A stretch of 64,000 bases of DNA from Octopus sinensis (lineage: Eukaryota): assembly GCF_006345805.1 (NCBI RefSeq), contig NC_042998.1, positions 170,624,001-170,688,000 of the forward strand, written 5' to 3'. Both the position numbers and the translations under genes were made by a program. Numbering within the stretch: the stretch's first letter is position 1; each line of letters starts with the position of its first letter. Positions 10,860 to 23,990 of this stretch are shown one piece after another. The notes beneath the pieces were generated by a model. The model was given only the letters and a program-made list of their open reading frames with translations, had not been told where the DNA came from and ran no database searches.

Positions 10860-12560
10860 AACATTGAAGGTGATGGCAGTGGAGCAAGACTGTTTAGCAA
10901 CTGCATGTGGATGACTGTCATCAAGAAAAATCTGTCCATTCAAGATTTCGTGTGAAACTGGATCTAACAACCGTTTTATCTTCAGCATGGTTTTTCTGAC
11001 CAAGACCATCTCTATACGACAGACTGGACACAGAAGATAGCAGACAGGAAGCCAAACCAGCAATCAGTTGGCCAGAGTGCTGTGACAACACAAGCTGTTT
11101 GTGGAGTTTAGAATCCTGACACTCACATGATCTAAGTGCCACTCAGGGGAATTTTCATGTGTTGTTACCACCATACATTCAGCCATAAAGCTCATAAATG
11201 CTTTCAACCCTGTTCATTTCCAGTTTCACTTTCAGGAAACGATGCAGCCAGGAGCTAGTAGCAGTGGCAGTACCTGCTTTTTCCCCCTACACCCAGTCAC
11301 CTTTTCCAAATCAGTAACCACACTGGTATCCATTTTTTGTGGACATTGGGATAGAAGTTAGTATCCTGCCACCTACTCAAGTACCAGGTAACAAGAAACG
11401 TAAACCAATTTTTCTCCAGGTTGTTAACCATTTTCTGATTGTGACCTTCAGAGAAAGATTGATTACTCTGGATCTTGATCTCAGGCAAGTGTCTTAACTT
11501 ACTCCTGATCATGCTCAGATTGTGAAGGCTAAGCTTGAGCACATGCTGGAACTGGGCATAGTTCATTCATGCAGTAGCAATTGTTCTTCACCTCTTCATC
11601 ATCATCATCATCATTTAATGTCCGCTTTCCATGCTAGCATGGGTTAGACGATTTGACTGAGGTCTGGCGAACCAGACTCCAATCTGATTTGGCAGAGTTT
11701 CTACAGCTGGCTGCCCTTCCTAACACCAACCACTCCGAAAGTGTAGTTGGTGCTATTACATGTCACCTGCACAAGGGCCAGTTTGGTGATACTGGCAACA
11801 GCTACGTCCAAATGGTGCTTTTTACGTGCCACCTGCACAGGAGCCAGTCCAGTGGCACTGGCGATGTCCTCACTCAAATGTTTCACATGCCACCAGCTCA
11901 AGTGCTAGTAAGGCGACGCAGTAACAATCACACTCGAATGGTGTGCTTAACGTGCCACCGGCATGAAGGCCAGTTTGTTGCTCAGGCAACGATCTCACTC
12001 GTATGGTAATCTTAGCACTCCACTAGCAACGGATGCCAGTCACCGAGTTTGATTTCAACATCGATTTCACTTGCCTCAACTGATCTTCACAAGCAGAGTT
12101 TAGTGTCCAATGAAGAAAAGGCATGCATAAGTAGACTGGTTACCCCTTTCATATTGTCCAAAAATAATCTTCAGGTGACTGGCAGCCCTATAGTGGCTAA
12201 TGCCTTCTTAATGCACATGCAAAGCCTGATAGATACCCTGTACTTCATTTTCAGAACTTTTCTTCCACTCATGAGTATTTTCAAAAATTGGATCTTGAGT
12301 GTTTTCAAAAATTGATCTCATTTGGGCATGCAATCAAATACTCATCAAACCAGAGGATATTCTTAAAATGGCTATCACTACTCTCTTCAGGATTTTCAAA
12401 TTTCACGAAATGCCATTTGGTTTATACTATGTTTCCTCCACTTTCCAGCATTCCATCGATATTGTAGTCTGAGGTTTACCTTGTGTCTATGCATATATTG
12501 ATGACTTACCTGTTACCAGTACAACTGAAGATGAGCACAAAAAACATCAGCTGTTACCTT
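10860..12560 (+). mobile_element. Degenerate Ty3/Gypsy LTR-retrotransposon internal region (CsRn1/Boudicca-type CHCC gag box plus RT), interrupted by an RTE 3' fragment
   Basis: CCYHHTFSHKAHKCFQPC...SGND at ~11158-11245; KAKLEHMLELGIV...SSPLH at ~11525-11598; GDWQP...PDRYP, FSKIDL, MPFGL and YAYIDD at 12150-12510. Confidence 0.85.
11597..12145 (-). mobile_element. RTE 3' UTR fragment with internal ~55-60-bp repeats, inserted into the Gypsy RT
   Basis: (CAT)n tail and family-diagnostic block. The Gypsy RT reading stops at SPLH and resumes at FHIVQK on the other side. Confidence 0.8.
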
Positions 12561-13129
12561 TTCCAATTCATGCTCCTTTATATCATTCACACCTGCAATT
12601 CCTGCACTATTCCCATCATTTTGCTCAATTCACTGTGAATGGGCATTATTGACAAATGGCAATTGGTAGCCATTAAGCAGAACAAGTAGCTGGCCAGCTA
12701 AACAACAGACAGATGGCAAAAACACAAAGCAATAGGCAGATGGCAACAGTGTCTTCAGTTAACATCATGACAGCAACTGTTATAATACCTTCTCCAAGAA
12801 CAATAAACTCCCATCAATGTCGTTGTTCACAGTAACAACATTTTGTTTATGATAAAAATATTTTTCTATCAAAAATCTCTTACAGTTTTCTGTGTTCTTT
12901 ATCATAACAACAGCAACAACACTGGCAACAATTAGTCATGTACAACAACTGCATAGTTAGAGGAGAATGAAGGGCAGTGTCATTTACATAATAGTGTGTG
13001 TTGTTAGATGTGATAATAAGTAGATCATTAATGTATTAAAGTAAGAGAGTTGGGATAAAACTGAATCTTGAAACATGCCAGAGTTGATAGGGTATGTGAT
13101 ATCTGACTATTCAAAAAAGACTTCAAAAA

Positions 13130-14078
13130 TAACTAGTAGAGACTTCTCTTGAAAATGGACAAAATTTGGTATCGTCATGTTATGAAGTACATACAGAAAA
13201 GAGTTTAACCCCCACACACAGCAACAACATTCATGCTGATATGCTTGCTACATTAGGGGATGATGCTCCAGTTTTATCAACAGTGCAAAAGTGGGCAGTT
13301 GAATTTAGAAAAGGAAGGGAGTCTTGAAAATGACCCAAGGGCCGGACATCCTGCAAATGCCACAAATGAGGAAAACATTGATTGTGTTCACCACATACTG
13401 ATAGCTGACAGGTGATTGACTATAAATCAAATAGCTAATGTCATTAGTTTATCCCATGAGAGTTTTGAGAATATTCAGCACAATGAACTTGGTATGATGA
13501 AGGTTTCTGCTTGGTGGGTGCCACATTTTCTGACACCCTTCTTCTCCTGCACCAAAGAAGGCCAAAGTAATTTTATCTGCAAGAAAGGTGATGACCTCAG
13601 TTTTTTTAAGGCAAAAAGCATTGTATTTATCGATTGTCTTCAAAAAAGGTTATACCATCAATGGAGAATACTATGCCAACTTGCTGAGACAGTTATGAAT
13701 GGTTATCAAGACCAAGCACCCAGTTTTGTTTTATCAGGACAGTGCTCCTGCACAAAAGTCCTTGCTTTCAAAAGCTTCTGTGCATGGCTGTGGTTTTGAA
13801 CTGAACCCTCCCAGTTTTTTTTTTATTTGGCCTCATCTGACTATTGTCTGTTCTCCAACATGAAAGAGCATTTGGCTGGGAACTAGTATTGCAGTGATAA
13901 TGACATTATATCTGCTGTTGATGACTTTTTTGACCAACAGGATGGTCAGCTTCTTCACCAGTGGGATCTGAGCACTGCAACACCAATGGAGGATCTATGT
14001 GAATTGCAAGGGAAACTATATTGGTCATTATTCTATGAGAGTATCTTGGTCAGCCTATGAACTTTTCAGCCAACCTTC
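13130..14078 (+). mobile_element. Degenerate mariner transposon (irritans/Himar-like)
   Basis: LGDDAPVLSTVQKWAVEF, LTINQIA, LGMMKVSAWWVPHFLT (WVPH.L motif); 3' TIR-like AACTTTTCAGCCAACCTTC. Confidence 0.8.
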
Positions 14079-14769
14079 AAATGTGACAAATTTAAATTCA
14101 TTATGCAAGTCACTGATGTTGGAAAGGGAGATGATAAAGGTGCAGTAGAACCTCGCAGTATAAGTGCACCACTGTATGAGTAATTTACTGTATGAGCTGA
14201 GGCTTGTGTGAATTTTTATCTCGAAGTACAAGCAGAAATCCACAGTACGAGCACACAAATCATCCCATCTTTAAAGTAATTCAGTTAATAAAACCAGTTT
14301 ACGTATTTCTTTTGCATTCTCATTTTTGTAATTGTCATTTTACTTGTGACTACACCTTTTCTGTTTTAAAACCCATAAAAAATTACTTTTGAGTGGTTTT
14401 GATGGGCTGGAACGGATTAATTATATTTTAGTCAATCTCAATGGGGAAAATTAATTTGTAAAACGAGTAAATTATAAGACAAGCTTGGTTATGGAACAAA
14501 TTAAACGCATACTGCAAGGTATTGAGTTGTTTCTGAAATATGCATTTATTGGGAGTTTTTATCATTAGTGTTACTTCATTATATTTGTGTAAGTATTTTG
14601 GAAAACAATTTTTAGAAGTTTCAGTGGTTGATTTATGCAGAGTCATTGTTTCTGTTCTCCCTTTTTATTGTGTTGATACCTGATGGAGATAATTGATAAG
14701 AATATCTGATATTTTTTTCAGAAATATATTCAAGCTTGTTTTACCCATTATATTCATTCATCCATTTTC

Positions 14770-15125
14770 TCTGCCACCTTTTCCTGGTGGGTCATGGAGA
14801 TAGAGTCCCCTGATCCCTGCTCCATAAGGCTGTACCTGAAATAATCATCATTACACTTTCCAGCTGGATTCCCAAGCATGACCAACTGCATCTCTGAATA
14901 TTATCCAATTATCTCATTCTTGATCTACCCCTAGGTCTCCTGCCAGTTGGCTAGACTTGAAGAACCTGTCTTACAATCTTATCCTGTGACATTTTAATCA
15001 CATATCCATACTACTAGAGCTGTGACCTCTCAATATGAAGTAGTGTGCTATGGGACATGCTGTGGAGGATTTTGCAGGAGTTTTAGAGTAACAAGCAACT
15101 TCTGGTTGCCTTGGAGTCACCACAT
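14770..15125 (-). mobile_element. Degenerate RTE LINE 3' fragment
   Basis: Minus-strand IERSQL..YGYVIKMSQDKIVRQVL..PTGRRPRGR. Confidence 0.6.
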
Positions 15126-15143
15126 GAATGTCTAGATATTTGT

Positions 15144-15377
15144 TATTTCTTTATTGCCCACAAGGGGCTAAACACAGAGGAGACAAACAAGAGCAGACAA
15201 ATGGATTAAGTCAATTACATCAACCCCAGTACGTAACTGGTACTTAATTTATCGACCACGAAAGGATGAAAGGCAAAGTCAACTTCAGCGGAATTTGAAC
15301 TCAGAACGTAACGGCAGACGAAATACTGCTAAGCATTTCACCTAGTGTTCTAATGTTTCTGCTAGCTTGCCGCTTTT
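15144..15377 (-). mobile_element. tRNA-derived SINE, full length
   Basis: 16-bp TSD ATGTCTAGATATTTGT (15128-15143, 15378-15393); B-box-like GAGTTCAAATTCC; same family at 35696 and 54541. Confidence 0.88.
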
Positions 15378-15952
15378 ATGTCTAGATATTTGTATTTTGG
15401 TAAATAATACTAAGTTGCAAACTTTTTAACATGGGTATTGGCTCATCAGAAGGTGATCTCTAATATACATTGAATGGGTTTGCTGCCAAGTTCTACAAGG
15501 CAACAATGAGAATAAGTGTTACCCATTATATTTATCCATTTCTAAGACAATTGGGGAAATTTGGCTGCAGTTGTGACAGATAGAGTACTGGAATGGAGGT
15601 TTGCAAAACTGTGAAACATTTGAATCAACAATAAGTCATTAAATAAACACTAAAATGTTATATACAATTGACAGCATCAACAACAGCAGTAACAAGTACA
15701 CCCAAGCCACCTTACAATAACAACCTCAACACATAGCAACACCTTTATCAGACATATCTTGAAAATCAGCTACCAGCAAAATCAGCAAAAATCTCACAAA
15801 GTAAACAGGAACACAAAGCCAAAAATATACACCAATGATTTTGGCCCCTTCCTTCCATCAGATAAACAAAATGGGAAAATAATAAATCAATCAAAAAATT
15901 TTAAAGCTTCAAAACTAGATAAAATTATAAACAGGCATCTAAACTGCACAAG

Positions 15953-16258
15953 TGGAGGCACATGGCCTAGTGGTTAGAGCAACTGACTTGTGGTCGAAGT
16001 ATCATGGGTTTTGAATCTCAGACCGGGTGATGTGTGTATTTATGAGCGAAACACCTAAGCTCCACATGGCTCCAGCAGAAGCAATGGCAAACTTCTGCTG
16101 ACTCTTTCACCACAACTTTCTCTCACTCTTTCTTCCTGCATCTTGCAGCTCACCTGTGACAGACCAGCATCCCGTCCAGGTGGGGAACCTATATGCCAAA
16201 GAAACCTGGAAAACGGCCCTTATGAGCCAGGCATGGCTCGAGAAGGAACAAACTACTA
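15953..16258 (+). mobile_element. tRNA-derived SINE (second family), full length
   Basis: A-box TGGCCTAGTGGTTAG, short (CTA)n tail, 14-bp TSD CTAAACTGCACAAG (15939-15952, 16259-16272). Confidence 0.88.
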
Positions 16259-16513
16259 CTAAACTGCACAAGGGTTAAAGGAATTAATACACTTACCAAT
16301 AATTAGAACTACTACCAATACTGTCATGTTACCGTGATCTGAAAGCTCTTCAAATTCATGGCAATTCTAAAGTTCAACAAAAACTTATATGAAATTTCAT
16401 CATACAGACCTATCACTCTACTATACACAATAATTCTAGAAAGACATTAGTAAGCCTGGAATCTCCTTCTCTTAATTACAACCCAATTCAGATCAATACA
16501 GCCGACCAATATA

Positions 16514-17076
16514 TTGGGTTGTCTGGAAAGTTGGTGCCGATTTATAGTAGCTTACCTTTCGACTTATTTTAGAACATGGTTGAGTCCATAAAATAGGATT
16601 TGACTACACCTCCATTTAGAGCACAGTTTAAGCTATCTTTTCGTGGAAGAAGGTTTATGTTCCTATAACCTGTGTTAATTCTGTAACCCTTTAAAATGGA
16701 AGATAAAGTTCATTTTCGGCACTTGATGCTTTGGGAACCAGACATAAATTGCTGCAGCTTGGCTGGGATGTGTTACCCCACCCTCCATATTCACCAGATA
16801 TTACTCCTTCGGATTTCCACTTATTCAGGTCTCTGCAGAATAGTCTTAATGGTAAAAATTTCAATTCCTTGGATGACGTAAAAAGATACCTTGATGAATT
16901 CTTTGCCATGAAACCACCTCAATTCTGGGAAGAGAGTATTTTCAAGTTAAAGGAAAGATGGAGATGCATTGTGCAACAAAATGGTTCATATTTGGTTGAT
17001 TAAAAATGTAATGGTAAGTATTTATTGACCTTTTTCTTTCCTTTAAAAATTGGCACGAACTTTCCGGACAACCTAA
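16514..17076 (+). mobile_element. Internally deleted mariner (Mos1-like)
   Basis: TIRs TTGGGTTGTCTGGAAAGTTGGTGCCGATTT / AAATTGGCACGAACTTTCCGGACAACCTAA, TA TSD, and HPPYSPDITPSDFHLFRSL. Confidence 0.92.
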
Positions 17077-17518
17077 TACTTCATATGAACTTAACACAAA
17101 AGCAACAGGACACCCTCATCTAAATAAACTTTCCATACGCATTATTCTACTGCCATCAAGTTTATTTTCCTGCTATATACTTACACAAAAAAAAACAACT
17201 CAAAATGATGGCTAACAAACTACCTGCCAGGTCATCAAAGTAGTGTCCGAGAACAACACACCCAGAATTAGCTATTTCCTGCTTGGGACTACCACAGGTG
17301 CCTGTCCTCTCAACCATTTCCAATGTATTCTCAGTGCTTATTGCCTCTGTGTATCTTACACATAATAAATCACAATGTGTCCTGTTGGTCATGCTTTGGG
17401 GAAAGAAAAGTAAAACAACAAACAGAGTGGGAGTTAGTGACAAACAATCAGAGGTAGTAAAGCATGCAAACAGCCTTCAAAGATTTTGCTCTGAAGGACA
17501 CTGGCATTTTAATCAAAA

Positions 17519-19063
17519 CTAGCATTATGACCCGGCAATGCCAGGTCATGGTGCTAGTGCATGCATATATAGCTGCGTGCGTGCGCACATACATGCAAGT
17601 ACTGTCCAAAACTCCGACCAATCACCTACAGCTAGCTGGCATTCAATTGGCATATCAAATTTCGGGCATTTTGATTGGGTTTTGGATAGAAAATTCACAA
17701 AAAAGTCACTTCTATTGATTTTTTAATGGCTTTGCGGGGTGACTGGGGAAATGTAAAGATGTGCACAACCACCCTTGGACGGTTTTGAATGACCATAGAA
17801 AGTGTGAGCCCTCTAACTGAAAAATTGTGGATTTGTATAAAGGACATGCACACACACAGACAGACATTTTGCTGTTTATATATCTCTTATTATAAAAGGC
17901 AGATTTTATCTGCCTCCCTTTGTCAGTTATAGAAATCTACAATATAGGATTTCTTCAATTACAATTTACCTAGCATTTTTAAGAGTAGAATGCATCGGGT
18001 TTTGCCAGGTCCAGTTTTTAAAATTTAAACTCCAATTAAGCAAAATTTACAGAAAACTCACATTTTGGTGTGTATGTCAAATGCTTTTCTTAGTCTGGTT
18101 TACAGCACACGCAAACGCACACACACAGTGTGCAACGAATAAAGTGAAACTAGATGTAATATTTGTTTCTGTCTATCACGCTGATAGATACATGAGTAAA
18201 ATGTATGGCAAGCTAACAGATAAGAGTGAGTGAAAATGTTCTTGGAAGAGAGTAAATAGTGACAGAGTGATTTGAGGAAAACTAAACTGAAAGTATGAAA
18301 CAGTGTTTATGTATAAACAGACGACACTTATATAAACCCTTTCGTTACCAAACCGCCCGAATTTACCTATTCATATTTAAATGAGAATATCAGAGTAAAT
18401 CTCTTTAGTACATTCGTGAAAACACGTATTATACTTCGTAAACACTTCAAATACAGTTTTGTACAAAAATCGAAGTGTAATTTTAATTCCGTGAATTATG
18501 GGAGATTTTTTCCGAAATTTGTTCCTATTGTGTTTTCAAAATTTGTAATTCTGACAAAAAACGGATACAAATTTCATTATATCAAGCAGCGAGTCAGAAT
18601 TTGAAGGATTTTCTACTGAAGACCTTCATAAATCTAACTCTATGACTGAAAAAAAAAGCATCTTTATATAAGAGTGAAGTTGTGTGTCTGTCTCCTACGA
18701 TTTAGATTCGTAACTACTCCCACATTTTGCGGTGCAGTTTAACCAAAAGCGGGTATCTTATAGTCGTGATTCATATCGAGCCCTTCTGGGTATTAGCGCG
18801 CGTCTACGATGAGTCTACGATTTTTAAAAAATTTACCATCATATTTTTCCATTTTAATGCATTTTTTTCGCTTTTATATAAGGGAAGTAACTCTCTAAAA
18901 ATATCTACGATGTGTCAACGATTTAAAAAAAAATTTACCTTAATTTTTTTTCAATTTTTAATGCATTTTTTTGCTATTTTTCTGCTATAACTCTCTAAAA
19001 ATGCTTATATAGTTATTTCCCTTACAACCCGAGCAACGCCGGGCGATACTGCTAGTATAGAGA
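17519..19063 (-). mobile_element. Probable non-autonomous Helitron (outer element) hosting nested + strand Helitron(s)
   Basis: CTAG plus hairpin CTAGCATTATGACCCGGCAATGCCAGGTCATGGTGCTAG at 17519-17557; the other end TATAGAGAT (5'-TC on minus) is at 19056-19064. Confidence 0.5.
17883..19055 (+). mobile_element. Non-autonomous Helitron, composite with two 5'-TC heads (17883, 18661) and one 3' end
   Basis: A|TC starts; 3' hairpin CCCGAGCAACGCCGGG then CTAG|T at 19052-19056. Confidence 0.65.
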
Positions 19064-19699
19064 TAAAACTGCAAACTTTTATCAGTTTAATACACACACA
19101 CACATACACATAAATATCTATAGGGGAGATCCAGGTGAGTTGAGCTATTTTTTTTATAATGGGCCATATTTCTCAAAATCTGCATTGTTGGGTGGAGAAC
19201 TTCTTGTCATTTGAAGTTTAGCTACTATGTTTTAATACAGTGTGGGTTATGATATTCAAGGTGATTACATTTCAAAGTAGTACTCAGTTTTAAAAAATTT
19301 GTCAAATGATACAAGTCTCTCGCAGGATTAGGAGAGTTGAGCCACCTTGGGAGAGTTGTGCCACCTTGTAAATGGGAGCAAGGAAAGACGTTTAGCTTGT
19401 GAATTTGCTAAAATACACAGGCAAAATATAAACCATCAACATAATGTAAGACTTATTGAATTAATAGTTCACACGATAAGATATATGATACAAGTCTCTC
19501 TCAGGGTTAGGAGAGTTACTACACAGAGTCCGGTGGAAAATTTGGAATTACACAACATTAACATGACATACTAATACACAAAGAAAATGTTCCCTCGACG
19601 GGCCAATATAAATTTTGCATTCTTAATGAGACAGATACTCCCCTCATCAGGATGTTTCACAACAAGACACAATGACAGCAACATATAAAAGGACAACTT

Positions 19700-20295
19700 A
19701 CTTCGTTACATTCTAGCCAATTTCAAAAAGTCCTATTGATAATTATCAATAGGACTTCTGGCAGTCTGATACAATTCCCTGCTACCACCATTCTTCCAGT
19801 CCTTCCAAGCCTGTTTCTTTTCTCTAATAGCCCTGTCAACAACATTGTTCCACCACCATGTTATTTTGGGTTGAGAGGGGACTTTGCACCATCCATAGAT
19901 CTGGTCAGTGGCCCTCAGCAGGTTGTCCCGTAGAAACCTCCAGTTGTCTTCTACATCATGTGAAGCTATATCCGCTTCTATTTCATCAAAGACTTTGAGT
20001 AATATGTCTCTAAATCTCTGTCTATTCGCAGGATCTTTAAGCTTCCAAACCCTTCTCCTCCATGCTGGCTATCTTCTGGGCATCCACTTAGCCCTGATTC
20101 TGAAGTCACTAACTACCAGTCTATGTTGTGGGGTACATTCTGAGAAGGTTTTGGCATTTATAAGCAGCCATCTTTCCCTTTTTCTGGTGAGGATGTAGTC
20201 AATTTGGCTAGTGTGTCTGCCAGAAAGGTGGGTGACCAGGTGACTGGCAGGTTTCCTGAAGTTAGTATTGCAAACCATAAGATAATTTGCATCGC
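19700..20295 (-). mobile_element. RTE LINE fragment (APE C-terminal part)
   Basis: MVCNTNFRKPASHLVT...SQIDYILTR...QHRLVVSDF. Confidence 0.85.
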
Positions 20296-20632
20296 ATATA
20301 TATATACTATAGCGTCAGCCCCACTAAAACCTTATGAGTAGATTTCTTACACGGGAACTGAAAGAAAACTGTCATATATATGCGTATAGTTGTGTGTGTA
20401 TTTGTAGCCCCAATATTGCTTGACAACCGATGTTGCTTTGTTTATGTCCCCATAACTTAGCCATTTGGCAAAACACACTGATAGAATAAATCCTGGGGTT
20501 GTTTTCTTCGACTAAAGGCGGTGCTCTAGCAGGGCCATAGTCACATGACCAAAAAGAGTAAAACAATAAAAAACTATGGCATTTTAATCCTGGGCAATGC
20601 GAGGTATCTCTACTAGTTTATATTTATATATA

Positions 20633-21635
20633 TTTGGTTGGCAACTAAGTTCCCACCGTTTTTTAAAATTTTGGAATCTATTTTTTTCGAGAATTTTTTT
20701 TAATCATTTTGGAATCTTTTTTTTTTTTTAAGTTAATTTGAGTTAATTTTTGTTTATTTTCAGATCATTAAAATGGAATGTCAAATTAAGAAAAACAACC
20801 ATTTTCAACAGCTCTTTCTTTTTACTTTTAATCAAGGTTCTAAGGCCGCAAAAGCTGCTCATGACATTTGCGCTGTGTATGGAGAGGGTGCCATAGCTGA
20901 AAGAACTGCTCGTGATTGGTATGCCAAGTTCAAAAATGGAAATTTTGACCTCAAAGACATACATCATTCCAAACGACAAGGGAACTGGCAGAGAAAATGG
21001 AATGCTCCCACACTGCTATAGGGAAGCATCTTCACTCGATGGGAAAGGTTCAGAAGTATGGAGCATGGGTTCTGCATACTTTAAGTGACAACAACAAAAA
21101 TCAATGAGCCACAATTTCTGCTGGTTTGCTTGCTTGTCACTACTCAACTCATGGACACAAGCAATGATTTCTTTACCAAATCATTACTGGTGATGAAAAA
21201 TGGTGCCTGTACATCAACAGATGGAATGACTCAACACGGCAATTCAAGAGAAAAGGCCTAATCGGCAGCATGGAGTTCTTCTGCTGCATGACAACACCCG
21301 CCCTCATATTGCCAATATGACCAAGGAAGCCATTCAAACGCATGGATAGGAAGTGCTGCCTCACCCGCTGTATTCTCCTGATTTCACACCAATGGATTTC
21401 AAATGCTATACACGGAGTTTCGTTGATGCAGAATTGAGAGCTTGGGTGGATCAATTTTTCAAATTGAAATCGGATGATTTCTAACAACGAGGTATTGAAA
21501 ATCTTGTTGAACATTGGGAAGAAGTTGTAAATAACAAGGGTGAATACAGTATTGATTAATTAGTTGTTATTTTTTATTAAACCTTTTAAAAAATTTTTAT
21601 TTAAAAAAACAGCGGGAACTTAGTTTCCAACCCAA
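20633..21635 (+). mobile_element. Degenerate mariner transposon
   Basis: TIRs TTTGGTTGGCAACTAAGTTCCC / GGGAACTTAGTTTCCAACCCAA with TA TSD; ICAVYGEGAI..RTARDWYAKFKNG, ITGDEKW, LHDN.RPH and YSPD motifs. Confidence 0.92.
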
Positions 21636-21727
21636 TATATATATGTGTGTGTGTGTATGTATATATTTATGTGCGTGTGTGTGTATGTATATATTTATGT
21701 GCGTGTGTGTGTATATATATATATGTG

Positions 21728-21898
21728 AATTAAAATCAAAATAAGGGTGAAAAAATTGTATATTAATTTAATAACATCAATTTAACACCAGTGGTTTAGC
21801 GCAAAAAACTGAGATTCAGTAAATATTATTAATACACATATGAGAGAGAATCCACTAAAGTGGATTCTCTTTCATATGTGTATATATATATTTGTATA

Positions 21899-21934
<36 letters not shown>

Positions 21935-22060
21935 CACAACTATAGTTGTGTATTAATAATATTTACTGAATCTCAGTCTTTTATACGCTAGGCCACTGGT
22001 GTTTAAATTGATGTTATTAAATTAATATCCGATTTTTTCACCTTCATTTTGACTTTAATT
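21728..22060. repeat. Palindromic (fold-back) element with ~110-bp arms, an internal 25-bp hairpin and (TA)n
   Basis: Arms 21728-21838 and ~21947-22060 are reverse complements. Inner hairpin is ATACACATATGAGAGAGAATCCACT-AA-AGTGGATTCTCTTTCATATGTGTAT (21832-21883). Confidence 0.85.
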
Positions 22061-22076
22061 ATATATATATATACAC

Positions 22077-22310
22077 ACAGGATGATTAAAAAGTAACTCC
22101 CTATTTTTAAATACTTATAGATTATTTATTAATTGTAATTTTGATTTTTAAAAAATGGGTATGAGAAGACAGGTTTTAGTATGAGGTTTATTTAATATTT
22201 GACTTGGGTTCCAGATGTTGCCACCAGCTTTTTGAATTGCCCAGGAATTTTGTCAACTGATTTCTCCAGGAGTTCTATTTTAAAACAGGGAGTTACTTTT
22301 CAATCAACTG
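22077..22310. mobile_element. Small Tc1/mariner-type MITE
   Basis: Imperfect TIRs CAGGATGATTAAAAAGTAACTCCCT / AGGGAGTTACTTTTCAATCAACTG in TA-repeat context. Confidence 0.6.
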
Positions 22311-22649
22311 GCATATATATATATAAGGAGAGTTTATGAAAAAAACAAAACAAACAGATGTGTTAGTATAACACTCAGGAACAGAAAAAGTCTTTTACAT
22401 TTCGTGCCTACGCTTTTCTACAGAAAGGGACACAGAAAAAACTAGGAGAGAAAAAATACACACACACATACATTATGTGGACAATATTTTCAATGAAGAC
22501 AGTACGATCATATCTCATTCTTCAAGTGCTTCAATTCTACATAAGTACATTTATTTACTAGATTGCTGACATATTTATTAATTTACTATTGTGCTGATGA
22601 GTGATATTCAATCACTGATAAAACTGTCAGCATTTCTGATGACACAGGT

Positions 22650-23990
22650 ATGCTAGTTTGTTATATAAAAAGTCTACCTCCTCCATTAGCTTGCTTGTAC
22701 ATCCATATTTTGCACAAGGTACACTGAATGGAATTCCTACCTTCCCCTTTACTACATATCAACCAAAGCTATTTCCTGATTTTAGCGGGGATTCTTTCTT
22801 CCTTCTCACTTATTGATACGTTAGTCTTTGCTAAATTTACTTTGAGGCCTTTCAATTCTAGGTCTTGGTTCAATGTTTGGAATTTCTTCTCTAATTCTAC
22901 TAAGGACTAGGTTATCTGCACATAGGAGTCACATGGAGAGCCAATCTTAAACTGCTCTGTTATGACCTGGGAAACTGAAAAATAGAAGAGAACTGATAGC
23001 TAAACCCTGATCAACCTCTACACAAGCCATATACTCCTAGTATCCTCAGTATTCATCAGATTTCAGAGTGAGGCACCTTGCCAAAGGTCTTTGCTTGGTC
23101 AACAAGCTGCTAGGCTTGCTTTTGGATAAATACTCTTTGTGTTGTCCCAATTGTAAGCTGGCATCAGTAGTACTTCTTCCTGGCACAAAACCAAACTGCA
23201 TCTCATCTAAGCTAATCCTAATCATAATTAATTGGGCAAAGTCTCTTTCTGTAAATTTCATAACCTGGTCAAACAATTTGATACATCTGTAATTTCCTCC
23301 CTCTGGTCAGGGCCGGACTAAGACCCATCAAGGCCTAAGCACTTAAAAGATTTTGGTGCCCCCATAAAAGATTATGTAATTCAAAACATAAACAATAACA
23401 AACTATAAAATAAATTTTCATTTTTCAAAACGAAACAAAACAGTAAGAGGGAAAATAATGTTTATTTTTGTATACTTCCATTTTATTTATATTTGAAAAA
23501 CTTCCTCCTACTTTTTTGAATCTTAGGTAACACATCTGCATCTATACTTAGTAGAGATAAAGGTAGCCCGAATATTATTTTAGCAAGTTTAATGTGATTT
23601 CTTTTGTATCGTAAACCATTTACCCTTTCTGTGGTGCCCCCTCCTTCCCTTGATGCCCTTTTTGCGCTGTCTCTGGTGCATCTCTTTTGTTCTTATAGCT
23701 GCTGCTGATGATGATGATGTTATGTGAGTTATTTCATTTGATACCTTCCTGTACTATTTGATTAATTATGCAGGTGACTGGCCCAAACCTTACTTTATCA
23801 GACATTTTAAGCATCCTAATGGTAGCAGTAATTCCTGATGAACAAGGTGCCTTCCCAGCCTTCATATCCTAATGCTCTATCATACCATTATCAACTTGAA
23901 CAGCTGGCCCCATTGTTGAGTCTATACTGGAGAAATTCCGTTTGTCCCCTTCATTCAATAGCTTCTCATAACATCACTTTTGACAACCTC
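22650..23990 (-). mobile_element. Degenerate RTE LINE RT region, interrupted by an hAT-like remnant starting CAGGGCCGG at ~23308
   Basis: LDEMQFGFVPGRSTTDA peptide; homologous to 36285-38155. Confidence 0.75.

Noticed and set aside
22594-22632. CTGATGA-GTGAT(ATTCA)ATCAC hammerhead-like core
   Set aside because: The GAAA is replaced by TGATAAAA and no convincing stem I forms, so it is at most a decayed motif.
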